A stretch of DNA of 61,698 nt, counting the filler. It is 11 parts of 11 records of this genome, joined end to end, with 100 filler letters (N's around TTAATTAATTAA, not from the genome) between each part and the next. Parts side by side here need not be neighbours in the genome. Positions count along the whole stretch, not along the records: positions 32,745 to 36,628 come from SRR7504441_20381; positions 36,729 to 43,438 come from SRR7504441_20388; positions 43,539 to 51,016 come from SRR7504441_20391; 8 more parts are not named here. One strand, 5' to 3'. Positions 34,032 to 44,788 of this stretch are shown here, one piece after another (the stretch's first letter is position 1; every line of letters starts with the position of its first letter). Below the pieces are notes generated by a model, which made no database searches, was not told the DNA's origin, and was given only the letters and a program-made list of their open reading frames with translations. Made by a program: the position numbers and the translations under genes.

Positions 34032-36628
34032 CTAAACGAAGCTGGCCATGAAGGTCCGCACCTCCATCGGTCGAATTGTGACCACCGGATACGCAAACGG
34101 CACCCGCTCCTCAAAGGGCGCGGGGCCAGTTGGATCGGCTGCCATTGGCATCGCAGCAACCGACCAGTCGAACCGAGCGACCTCGGAGAGTGGCCGGTTC
34201 CCGGTGAGGGTTGTCTCGACGGCGCCGGTGATCTTGAGGCCCGCCTTGCTGAACACTTGGCTCAAGTCGACAGTGACCGGCTGGGCCAGAGTCGGGTGCT
34301 CGCCAGCCTCGTACAGGTGCGACAGCCGGAGCAGCAGCTTGCCGTCGTTGTGCGAGGCGTAGTTGTTGGTGAGTGTGACCAGCTTGACGTTCTCTGGCAG
34401 CTCCTTGCCCAACGCGCTGAACGAGCCTCCGCTCGGCTGCTCTGTGAACGCGAGTGTGGCCGGGAAGTTGATCTGCTCGGCTAGCGCCCGACGGGTCTGG
34501 TGCGCCTGCTCGATCTTGTCGAACACGAGCCAGTGCACACCGCGCATGGTCAGCCCGGCGCATTCGCACCCGCCGTCGCCCTCGTGCCCGTGAGCTCCCA
34601 TCGAGCCTGGATCAGCCCCGATGTCGTTGCAGCCGCACATCGTCTCGTTGAGTGGCTCCTGCACGCCGCGCGAGTCGTCGTCCTGGATCCGCCTGTGCAC
34701 CATGAACTCGAGCTCGCCACTGGCCAGCGAGGCGCCGCCCTGCGAGACTGCAACCGGCCAATCAGTCCTCGTGGCATTCTTAAGCGCACCGTCGGTCAGG
34801 ACAGCCAGCTCGCTGGTGCCGTCGTCGAGCGACATGAGCGCATTGACAGGGTAGTAGTTGCCAGCCACAGGCTCGGAGATGTTGTAGTGCGAGGGGTAGG
34901 TGGAGCCGCGCTTGTTGTAAACACGCTTGACCATCTCTTTGCCGTTGGAATCAGTGTACCATGTCTGATTCGACTGGAGCCCGGACGCATACTTGACAAT
35001 AACCTGCCACAGGGCTCGCTTGAATCAGCACTGGGCACGCACCTCTTTGCCCCAGTTGTTGGGCATCGGCTTGCCTTTGTTGAACGCCACGGGCTTCATC
35101 CACGGGGTGTCAATCGGGATCGGGCCTGCGGTCCACTCGACCTCGACGTACGACGCGCCCTCGTACAGCCGAACCACGTGTGTAGCCCACTCAGAGAACT
35201 TCTGGTACACCTCAGTGACGACCTCGCCCTTGACCACAGTGATGGTTGGCTTCTGAGTGGCGCCCGGGAAGTACAGAGTGGAGGAGTTAGGCCGGAAGAT
35301 GTAAGCCCCGCTCTTCTGGCCGCTGCAGGCGCCCTCGCGGTAGTCGGCAGGCACTCCACTCAGGTCTGTGCAGCCTCCCACTGACGAGTTGTACCAGCCC
35401 CAGCTGACGCTCAGCGGAGTGCTCACTCCTGAGATCTTGTTGGTGATCTTGCTCATCATCCCGGTGTCGCTGTCGAACTCAACGGCATACATCGCGTTCT
35501 CTGCAACCACCGGGCCCGCGGGGCTCGCCGGCTGCTGCTCGGCCAGCGTTGCGGGCACGCCGGTGCTGTTGCTGCAGGTCACTGTTGAGAATCCGACAGC
35601 GGGTACAGCCATCTTGAAAGTGAGCATGTGGGTGGCCTTGTTGGCGAGCTGGGCGAGCGCAGCCGCCTTGTCGGCCGGCTTCATCCCGTGAGAGTTGAGG
35701 TAGAGCATTGGGAGTTCGAGAGTCCGGTCATCGATCGGAGCGAGGTCTGCCTTGACAGGCTGTGTGCCAGTGCTGTCTGACACGGTCCAGCCAGTACCAG
35801 TCACAGGGATACGCACAACCTCCTCGGCGCTGTGCCCGTTCGGATTGAACGCGACAACCGAGAATTTGGAAGCTCCGGTGGTGGCGGCGCATACCGACAT
35901 GTTCAGGCAGTTGCCGGCCTCGTTGCAGTTGCAGTGATCAAGCGCTCCGGGCGCCACGCCGAGCATCTTGCCGAGGGATACCGAGATCCCGGCGTCCACC
36001 TCGAAGCTGCTCTCGGAGATCCTTTGCTCATAGTCGTCAGTCACGTCCTGCCGCTCGGTACCGCTCATCCCGTCGTGGTGAGTGGCGACACCGACAGTGC
36101 CTGGACAGAGTTGTGAGCCGGGCGAGCAGGGCTGTGCGCACCTTCGAGCGAGTCGGTCCATGAGGTGCCAACCGGCGGGGACTTCTTGGCGGTGGGCAGG
36201 TTGACATCCCGGGTGGTCGTGTTCGTGATCACCTCCATGAGGCGAGCGGCGGCAAGCAAGTTGGTGCCGAAACGGACCTGACGTTTGAGCCCCGGCCGGG
36301 AAGTGAAGTATCCCGACCAGTAGTTGTGGCTGTTGTCCGCGAGTGGGAAGATGTCATCAGGACGCACTTGGTACTTGCCACGCCCGGCTGAAGCCGCCTT
36401 CTTCTTCTGGTCAGTATACCGCGACGGCGTGCTGTAGAATGCGTTCACGGAGCCGTTCATGTTGACGTAGTGGATCAACTTGTCCAGGTTGTTGTACCAG
36501 TGGTCGGCGTCCTGGTACTGGAAATCCGTACCGCATGCCCACATCTGGTGCTCTGACTCGGTGTGATTCGCCTGGCTGAGAGCGTCCTGCACGAACTTGT
36601 CGACCCACTGGTCCACATTGTAATCGTG
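34032..36628 (-). CDS. GH38 lysosomal-type alpha-mannosidase, 3 introns, 5'-partial
   Basis: GTDFQYQDA.HWY.NLDKLI, FYSTPS, YWSGYFTSRP, HHDGMSGT, SGAYIFRP, YTDSNG, VAGNYYPV, LLLRLSHLYE, PMEVRTF. Confidence 0.95.
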
Positions 36629-36728
36629 NNNNNNNNNNNNNNNNNNNNNNNNNNNNNNNNNNNNNNNNNNNNTTAATTAATTAANNNNNNNNNNNNNNNN
36701 NNNNNNNNNNNNNNNNNNNNNNNNNNNN
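36629..36728. other. Artificial contig linker
   Basis: N-TTAATTAATTAA-N. Confidence 0.99.
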
Positions 36729-36838
36729 GCGCACTGGAGCCAGTCGAACGCCAGTTCCATCAGCATTTCGCCCGTCTGCCCGTTGCGCTGCACCAGGCTG
36801 GACTGCGCACTGTGGCGGTGGGCGGTGTGTGAGCGGCG

Positions 36839-39436
36839 ATGGGGGATGCACCGCGGCGTACGCGGGTCAAGATCCCGGTGGGCAAGGGGAAGGGCAAGGG
36901 CCGCAAGGGCGCGCCCAAGTCGCCCAAGTCGCCCCCGGCGGGCGAGGGGGACGAAGACATCCGGAAGAAGCTGGTTCGGATGACTCTAAAGCAGGAGGAG
37001 CTCAAAGATAACCTAGAGCAGGTGAGCCAGGAGCTCGGAGCCACCCAGCGCGACAAGATCGAGCTCAAGAAGCAGCTCAAGGAGCTGGAGGCCGGCAAAA
37101 TGGGCCACGACCAGCGGGTGGATCAGCTCAACGCTCAGCTGGCGGAGATGGAGGCCAGCATGGTCGGGAGGGGCTCGTCCGAGGAGCTGGACCAGGCCCG
37201 GCTCCAGATCGAGAGCCTGGAGCGCCAGCTGGCCGGGGCGAATCAGGCCCGCCTGAGGGTGGAGCAGAGCCTGGAGCAGCTGCAGGGAACCGACGACCTG
37301 CTCGAACGGACCAAGACCGAGGTGGGCAGCCTGCAGGAGGAGGTCAACCGGGCCAACGAGCAGCGGCTGGAGGCGGAGCAGCGGTCCAAGGAGTTCGGCG
37401 TGACCCTGCAGGAGAAGAAAGCGCTCCAGCTGGAGGTAGACAGGTTGGCTGCAGTCGAGCAGGACAGGGATAAGATGCTGCAGATGGCCCAGACCAGGGA
37501 GAAGGCGCTCGAGGCGGCCGAGCACCAGAAGGAGGAGAACCTGCGCCGGGCCAAGGAGTCCGAGGCTGAGGCTAAACAGCTGAAGGAGCAGCTTAAGCAG
37601 CTCGAGTTGGCCAAGGAGGAGCAGCGTAAGCAGGCAGAGATAGCGCTGCGCGAGGCGGTGGCCGCGGCAGACCAAGCGCACGCGCGGGAGCTGGCCACAG
37701 TGCTGCAGGAGGCACACCTGAAGTATAGGCAGGACCGGGCGAAGGAGTCATCGCATGTGCGCGAGTTAGAGAAGGCGCAACAGCAGCGGGAGCAGGATGT
37801 CGCCAGCAGCCTAGACGGGCTGCTGCAGCAGCTGCCGGGCGGAGCGCTCAATACGGTGCTCGACGTGTTTGAGGCCAATTTGCCCGAGCCTCAACTGGAC
37901 AGGCTAGTAGAGCGGCCATACATCCAGCAGCTGCTCTCTAATATTCAAACAGACGGGATAACTCCGGGCGCCCCCGGCCCCGCACAGACCGCGGCTCGGC
38001 TGCTCGAGATGGCTAACGGCGTGGAGTTTGATTTGATGCAGGCGGTGCTCAAGAAGCCGGCGGTCAATTCTCTCCGGAACTTGTCGCCCTCTAAGGACAG
38101 AAAGCAGGGGATTGAACTGAGCTTGAGCGGGATTCAGACCGCGCTCGAACACATGCAGCGGTATGTGGAGCAGATCGCGGGGCTGACCGAGGCGCGCGAG
38201 CGGGACCAGGCGGCGGCTGAGGCGAGGATTGAGGCGGCAGAGGCCGGCCTCAAGAAGAGCCTAGTGGAGGTGGCTGAGCTCACTCGCGGGTTGGAGGATG
38301 CCAACAGGGTTTGCATCGAGCAGGCTGAACGGCTGGTCGAGGCGGCCGCCCAGCGGGATGCTGACCAGGCCCGGATGGAGCAGCTGCGGGCGGCGCAGCA
38401 GACTGAGCTGAGCGAGCGGCACCAGCGGCACCAGCAGGAGGTCGCGGAGCTGCATGGTCAGATGGACCAGCTGGCTGACCAGCTGGCGCACTCGGAGGCT
38501 GAGCATAAGCAAATGAACCAGGAGCTCGAGCAGCGAGCAAAGCGAGTGGACCAATCCTCGCTCCCACTGGTGCACTGTGTGCATGAAGCCCTGCTCGACA
38601 TGAGTGGCTCGCTCCGAGGGCTGCACGACAGGCTGGGCTGGTGCGAGCAGGCCGCCAGCACAACTCCATTTGGTGGTGCGCTGCCGGGCGGGTGGGGCTC
38701 ACTGGGCGGGGCAGCTGGGAATGTGGCCGCGCTGTTGCCGCGTAGTCGGCCGATCGTGTTCCGGGAGCTCTCCGAGCTGCAGCGGCAGGCTCGCGGGATG
38801 GCGCCTCTGGTCGAGGGGAGTGGGCTGCAGAAGCTAGAGAGCCAGAGCGGCCAGCTGCTCGACCGGGCCTGCCTGGTGGAGCCTGGCACCAACATAGCGC
38901 CGTTGAGTGGAGCTGTCACCCAGATTCGTTCTGCAATAGCTCGGCTGCATAAGGCGGTGATGAGTGCAGGCCAACGGCATGAATGGGCGCTCTGTTGGCT
39001 GATGGACGAGCTCAACGGACGGATGGCTGACCGGCCGTTTGAGCCACCGATGGAGATGGAGCCGATGCCGTTAGAAGCGAGCAGCACGGGCCAGGCAGGC
39101 TCCTCATTCAATCGAGTGGTGCAGGCGGCACATTCGCTGCTGAGCGCGCATGGGGCCGCGGCCGGTGCTGGTGGGAGCACCGAGCTGGGCGCGCCGCCTG
39201 TGGTTGCGGAGTCGGTGGACTCAATAGAGTCGATCCACCGGCAGCTGAACCGGCTTGAAGGCTCAAGATTCGAGCCGCAAATGCAGGGATTTGAGCCGAC
39301 GTTCTCGTCAGATTATAAGCCGGTGTTTGCTGGGAGCATCAGGCGGCAGGCGGCGCCAAGCAGCCTGAGTGAGGCGTCGATAGCTGCTGCGGCCGCCCTA
39401 TTGGACATGCCGCACATGATGCCCAACACGGGCTGA
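36839..39436 (+). CDS. Long coiled-coil protein, intronless
   Basis: 865-aa ORF, E/Q/L/K heptad-rich, strong GC3 bias. Confidence 0.85.
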   Translation: MGDAPRRTRVKIPVGKGKGKGRKGAPKSPKSPPAGEGDEDIRKKLVRMTLKQEELKDNLEQVSQELGATQRDKIELKKQLKELEAGKMGHDQRVDQLNAQLAEMEASMVGRGSSEELDQARLQIESLERQLAGANQARLRVEQSLEQLQGTDDLLERTKTEVGSLQEEVNRANEQRLEAEQRSKEFGVTLQEKKALQLEVDRLAAVEQDRDKMLQMAQTREKALEAAEHQKEENLRRAKESEAEAKQLKEQLKQLELAKEEQRKQAEIALREAVAAADQAHARELATVLQEAHLKYRQDRAKESSHVRELEKAQQQREQDVASSLDGLLQQLPGGALNTVLDVFEANLPEPQLDRLVERPYIQQLLSNIQTDGITPGAPGPAQTAARLLEMANGVEFDLMQAVLKKPAVNSLRNLSPSKDRKQGIELSLSGIQTALEHMQRYVEQIAGLTEARERDQAAAEARIEAAEAGLKKSLVEVAELTRGLEDANRVCIEQAERLVEAAAQRDADQARMEQLRAAQQTELSERHQRHQQEVAELHGQMDQLADQLAHSEAEHKQMNQELEQRAKRVDQSSLPLVHCVHEALLDMSGSLRGLHDRLGWCEQAASTTPFGGALPGGWGSLGGAAGNVAALLPRSRPIVFRELSELQRQARGMAPLVEGSGLQKLESQSGQLLDRACLVEPGTNIAPLSGAVTQIRSAIARLHKAVMSAGQRHEWALCWLMDELNGRMADRPFEPPMEMEPMPLEASSTGQAGSSFNRVVQAAHSLLSAHGAAAGAGGSTELGAPPVVAESVDSIESIHRQLNRLEGSRFEPQMQGFEPTFSSDYKPVFAGSIRRQAAPSSLSEASIAAAAALLDMPHMMPNTG

Positions 39437-39671
39437 TGCAATTTATGAAGGAATTCATGAATATGAGAATACAAGTGGTTTCCAGTGATATTAAAAGTAC
39501 ATTACAATCATGATTGTACATGACATCAATTGTAATATCTTTTAATATGTTTGAATTGTATGAATTGCTTCAGTTTCCCGCATTAAATGTACATGCGACT
39601 AACAGTCATGAATGCATCGGTTTAGGTCCGGTAATGTCTCTTGTTCGCTGCCGCCGCATGCACGTACATCA

Positions 39672-40843
39672 TCAGAACTCGAGCTCGCGCGACTTGACAA
39701 TCGCAGTCACTAGCTCATTGTATGGAGCCTCGGTGCCCACCTGCGCAGCCACCACTGGGACCATTCCGTTGATTGCATCGATCTCCGACTTGCGCCGAGC
39801 CATGTGATCTTGCAGCAACGATGGCTTGGCATCCGGCATCTTTAGCCCAAACTCAGTCACATATTTCTCCGGGTCATCAAACCCGAGATTCACCTCCTTG
39901 GCCACAGCCGCCTCGTACGCCTCAGCTGCGCAACGGATCACTATACTCCAGGCGTGTGGGTCGGCATGCATCTCCTTTACAGACCGATGGAATACAGTGC
40001 AAGGCCCGCTGTAAGCCACGTTAGCAATAAACTTCTCCCAGATTAGCTTGTTAATGTCCTCGAACGCGTTGGCCGTAAATCCGCTCCCCCGCCATACGCC
40101 TGCAACCCGCTCTACCCTCTCCGAAAGCCCTCCGTTCATCTCGCCCAGTCTGATCTCGCTCATTCCATTGTGGTACACGTGACCCGGCCCCTTCATTGAG
40201 GCACCTGCCCGCACCAGCTGACCGGGCCCCGCCAACAGGCCGCACCGAACCCGCCGGCCACTCCGAGCAGAATGTTCCCGGTGGGCATGTGCTGGGCAAT
40301 CCGCTCGCCGGCGCCCAGTCCATTCTGGATGGTCAGCACCAGCGTGTCGCTGCCCGTGTTCACCACCCGGCCCCAGGGGCTCGCACCGGTCTACAATCGG
40401 CTGGATGCTCTGGGCAGCCGGGCCTACCCCGCCCGCCTTGGTGGCGATGATCACTAGCTGGCACGGGCCTGCCTTCCGGTTGGCTCCAGCGGCGTAGCCG
40501 GCAGCGCTGGCCTGCTTCGGCTGGGTCGGAGGTGGTGTGGATGCCCTGGACCAGCCGGTCCCCACTGGCGCCCTCCACCCGCAGCCCCGCCCGCCGTATG
40601 GCTTCCAAATGTTCCTTCCAGACGTCTACAGCCCAGACCTCGTTCCCGCCCTCGGCCAGCAGCCCCTACCGCCACCAGTGAGCCGGAACTCAGGCCAGGG
40701 CGCACCGCATACACCGAGCCCATCGCCCCCGCGCCCACCACCGCGATCTTCATCGGCCCCGACGAGCTGGCGCCGGTGGCGTATCGCCTCACTGCTCTCA
40801 CTGCGCCGCCAGCTCCGCCAGCCCATACCTCCCGGGCCAGCAT
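39672..40843 (-). CDS. panE: 2-dehydropantoate 2-reductase (ketopantoate reductase), spliced, with presequence-like N-terminus
   Basis: MKIAVVGAGAMGSVYA, VIIATK, TIQNGLG, IWEKFIANVA, KPSLLQD...KSEIDAING. Confidence 0.92.
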
Positions 40844-40903
40844 TTCAGGAGTTCTCGCCAACGGATCGGCCGCGGTCTTCGAGACGAAACCCGACCAACT
40901 AGC

Positions 40904-41921
40904 ATGCTATCGGCGCTGCTCCGAGGCGGGGCACGGGCGGTGGCTCCGGTGGGACGGGTGCAAGCTCGGTGCTATGGCGGCCTGGCTCCAGCGGCGGTGG
41001 GTTGGCTAGCCCAGGGGGTGTTCATGCGGGGGCAGCCTATCGGGGCTGCCGGCTGGTGTGGCACCACTATTGTCTCGGTACGCAAGGGCAACCAAGTGGT
41101 GGGCAGCCCAGCCGACCGGCCGGCTTAGGCGGCGAGGCAGGTGATAGCCGGGGATGGCCAAGTTACGGTGGGTCAATCGGTGGTAATGAAACCGAACGCG
41201 ATCAAAGTCCGCCGGCTCGGGGAGAGTCAGAAAGTGATTGCCGGATTCGCAGGTCGGCCCAGGCTCGAGCCTGGCTGACTGAAGCGGCAGGCTCCACCGC
41301 TGACGCCATGACTCTGTTCGAGCGGCTGGAGGGCCGGATCGAGGAGTACCCGGGTCAACTGCTCCGGGCGTGTGTTGAGCTGGCCAAGGCATGGCGGACC
41401 GACAAGTATCTCCGCAGGCTGGATGCCATGATGATTGTGGCCGACGCGGAGGTGTGCGCCCTGTGCCTGCCGCCCGGCAATGCGAAGCAGGTCTCGCTGA
41501 TGCTCACAGGGAATGGCGACGTGCTCGAACCTGCGTACGGAGTCACAGGCACCCCCCCCCCCGCTGCGCTTGCAGCCTGGCTCAGGCCCCTGGCAGCGAT
41601 CGGCTCCGGGGGCTCGTACGCGCTGGCTGCCGCCCGTGCTCTCATGGACTCGGGTGCGGCTCTAGTGATGCATGCGGGAGAGTGGGGGTAGATCACGGGG
41701 CTGAAGAGATCGCCCGGAGGTCCATGGAGATCGCTGCCGAGATGTACGCTTCGGCGGCAGGGCGAGGGTCCCGAGCAGGCGGCAGGTGTGTGTTCACCAA
41801 CAACAAGCTCGTTGTCGAGCTGATCGAAATGGTGGCTGATCGCCCATCGGGGCTGGCCGAGGCGGCTGGGCAGGAGCCGGAGGAGGACGAAGCCACAGCC
41901 GAGTCCAAGTCGTCCGAGTAG
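40904..41921 (+). CDS. hslV: Mitochondrial HslV (ClpQ) threonine protease, ~8 introns
   Basis: Presequence then TTIVSVRKG...IAGDGQVT...[20 protein letters not shown]...[19 protein letters not shown]...GNGDVLEP...IGSGGSYA...CVFTN. Confidence 0.96.
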
Positions 41922-42236
41922 GCGCCGTGCAATCAGCTGGTGACTGCGGTTGTCAAGCCGGGCGAGCTCGAGTTCTGATGATGCTCACAATTGCAAATGC
42001 ATGCACGGTGCACGGGTGCATTGGAATGGGCGTGCTATGATTGTAGTGCTTCAATGGGAGGACTTCATAACTCGTAGGGGGATCGCTCCAAGAAATCAGA
42101 GGTTTCAATAGTCAACACTAGCACTCACTAGTATACGACAATAAACACTAATTGGAAGTAGTCCTGGCATGATATGAATTGCATCAACCGCTGCCTTCAA
42201 GAAAGCCCGTCAAATGCTGCATGAAAGCCCGTGCGG

Positions 42237-43125
42237 TCATGCCTCTACGGTGTCTTTGGGCTCGCCACCACGCGTCGCCCGCAGGCGGCCAGCCGGCTCA
42301 TCGAGCTGGCAAGTGCAGCATTGAGCTCGATCATTTTCATCATACGGTGCTTCTACCACAATCGGCGAGCAGGCCATCCAGGGTCACGCCGCGTCGCTGG
42401 TCTGATCCATTGGCATGGGTGACGTGCTGCGGCGTGTCCGCCCCGCTGATCAGGTGGTGAGTGGCCACTCTCGTCTGCTACCTAAAGGTCCGTCGCCACT
42501 GGTAGCATACACCACGAGCTCTCAGAGCCCAGAGTGGCGTCAAATAAGAAACTGCCACCAGCCGCAGCGCCTGAAGAGCCCGACAGCCCTGCCCACGGGC
42601 TCAGCCGGCAGAGCTCACACGGCCAGTTGCCTGCGATAGCTCGAATCGGCCCACCACTGCAAGAGCCCCCAAGTATTGCCTTTCTTCGGTTTGCCGCCAA
42701 CCGAGCCTCTCGTAAAAGCCGCGGAGCTCGGTCGCCCTGGACCCCGGGAACCAGAGCAGCAGGTGCGGCAGCTGGCAGCTCTCGGCAATCCGGAGCACCC
42801 GATTGACCAGCAGCCGCCCGGTCCCCTTGCCCCGAGCCTCTTCGGCAACGAACAGCGCCGCCAGCCACGGTCCTTGGGCAGGCCTGTCGGCCATGTCTGC
42901 CGTGTCCAGGCTGGCCATCCCGCGCGGCTCGCCCGACGCGTCGAGCGCAACCACGGTGGTCGGCACAGGCGTGCTCGGGTCGGCGTAGTCGGCCGCGAAG
43001 TCGGCTTGGATCTCCGCCACACTCTCCAGGCCGAAGGCCGCGTTCTCGGCCGGCCAGGCAGCCAGGCTCCACTCGGCCAGTCGAGCCGCCAGGCCCGGCG
43101 CAGCGCTCAGCTCGATCAGCTTCAT
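42237..43125 (-). CDS. GNAT N-acetyltransferase, probably extended by splicing into an F-box-like segment
   Basis: PWLAALFVAEEARGKGTGRLL...GFYERLGW; GC-AG intron 42589-42630 leads into LRLVAVSYLTPLWALRARGVCYQWRR; 3' end uncertain. Confidence 0.75.
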
Positions 43126-43229
43126 CGCCTGGCGTCCGTTACCGGCATTAAACGTCCGTTACCGGTGTTTACCTGCAGGGTGAGCATGTGTACACTCCGA
43201 CGAGCGGCCGGCCAGCCTCATCTACCAAC

Positions 43230-43438
43230 ATGGGTTCGACGAGGCTGCGCGCGGTGGTCCAGCAAGCTCTGGGCGCCTGGCTGTTTGGGGCGATCCTGTC
43301 TGCGATCACCCGCCGATGGGACTTTGAGCAAGAGCTGGTGTTCTACGGCTCGTACCACCAGGAGCCGCTCAACCAGGCGATCCACTTCGTGTTCGTCCCG
43401 CTGATCTGGTGGTGCCTGATCACCCTCTTCTGCTACCT
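43230..43438 (+). CDS. Mpo1-like/DUF962 membrane protein, 3'-partial
   Basis: FEQELVFYGSYHQEPLNQAIHFVFVPLIWW. Confidence 0.85.
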
Positions 43439-43538
43439 NNNNNNNNNNNNNNNNNNNNNNNNNNNNNNNNNNNNNNNNNNNNTTAATTAATTAANNNNNN
43501 NNNNNNNNNNNNNNNNNNNNNNNNNNNNNNNNNNNNNN
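43439..43538. other. Artificial contig linker
   Basis: N-TTAATTAATTAA-N. Confidence 0.99.
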
Positions 43539-44441
43539 GCCGCCGAGATTTATCCCAGCTTTGCCATGACTGAGCCGGATACTGTGTCCTCAGACCCTAC
43601 GGGGATCCAAACCAGCGCCGAGCTGGTGGACGGGCACTGGGTGATCAACGGCCGCAAGTGGTGGACCTCCAACGCAGGAATGGCAGCGTTCACCAGCGTG
43701 ATGGTCAAGACTGAGCATGGAGACGAGGTCAACCCGTACTTGAGGTTCTCAATTCTACTGGTCCCGACCGACAGCCCTGGCTATGAAATCCAGCGGGCGA
43801 CCCATGTGCTCGGCGCCGAAGGATTCGACCACTCGGAGGTTGTGTACGACAACGTGCGTGTGCCGGAGTCAAACCTCATAGGCCAGCGCGGCATGGGCTT
43901 CGTCATAGCACAGGAACGGTTAGGCCCTGGTAGAATCTTCCACTGCATGCGCTGGCTCGGGCAGGCTCAGAGGGCGTTCGATCTTATGTGCGCCCGGCTG
44001 GTGTCTCGGCGGCTGGCGGGTGGCCGTCCGTTGGCTAAACTGCAGCTGATGCAGAAGCACGTGTTTGATTCATATGTTGATATCAACTCACACAGGCTGC
44101 TCACACTCGCAGCTGCGGAGAAGATGGACTCGGGTGACTATGCGAGGGTGGAGCTTGCAGCGGCCAAGGCCTTCGGAGCCCAGATGCTGGGCAGAGTGAT
44201 GGACCGAGCCGTGCAGTGCTGGGGCGCCAAGGGGCTAACAGAGGACACGCCGCTGTCATTCATGTTTCGGCATGCTAGGGCAGCCCGATTCTACGATGGC
44301 CCAGACGAAGTGCACATGAGCACTGTCGGACGGCTGATTCTGAAGGAATACGCCAATAAGAAACGCTGGGACTTTTCGTCCGGGGGTACCTCTGATCTCT
44401 CGGACTCTGTGGCGGAAGAGATGTTCCCATCAAAAATGTAA
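43539..44441 (+). CDS. Acyl-CoA dehydrogenase (ACAD10/11/FadE-like), 5'-partial
   Basis: FAMTEPD..SSDPT, WVINGRKWWTS, AQERLGPGRIFHCMR, DRAVQCWGAKG, RFYDGPDEVH. Confidence 0.95.
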   Translation, partial: AAEIYPSFAMTEPDTVSSDPTGIQTSAELVDGHWVINGRKWWTSNAGMAAFTSVMVKTEHGDEVNPYLRFSILLVPTDSPGYEIQRATHVLGAEGFDHSEVVYDNVRVPESNLIGQRGMGFVIAQERLGPGRIFHCMRWLGQAQRAFDLMCARLVSRRLAGGRPLAKLQLMQKHVFDSYVDINSHRLLTLAAAEKMDSGDYARVELAAAKAFGAQMLGRVMDRAVQCWGAKGLTEDTPLSFMFRHARAARFYDGPDEVHMSTVGRLILKEYANKKRWDFSSGGTSDLSDSVAEEMFPSKM

Positions 44442-44788
44442 TCATATAAACTAGGAGATGCTACCTGACCTGCAATCTTATTGTACTGGTTGCATGATTG
44501 TGTTTGGCTATCAGTTGTTCACTCGACTACACTCAAACAAATTAAATTCAAGCCAAGCTACTTCATGCTTGGAAGGGCGAACTCAAGAGTGCTTAGGCTA
44601 CCGTGATCGAGGTTAGTTTAGTTTGCATTATTTTATGAGGATCACTAAAATCAATTCTACTACTCTGAGTAAATCTACACTTTCTCGTCGGCATATCTCT
44701 ACATGACTACTTTACAAGCATTCAACAGGAGCACGGCTAAACCAACGCGCAATGACTTCGTGGTCGCCACGCTCCGTCTTGTGCACAC

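Noticed and set aside
22491-36628. GH113 + GH29 + GH38 as a polysaccharide-utilisation cluster
   Set aside because: They lie on three different contigs, so the proximity is artificial
37013-39180. Long antisense ORFs (also 4898-6458, 24053-24895, 42676-43404)
   Set aside because: Shadow ORFs of GC-rich coding strands with no family motifs
39672-44441. Bacterial contamination (panE, hslV, GNAT, ACAD)
   Set aside because: panE and hslV carry host-type introns and presequences, and the ACAD shares a contig with a spliced gene
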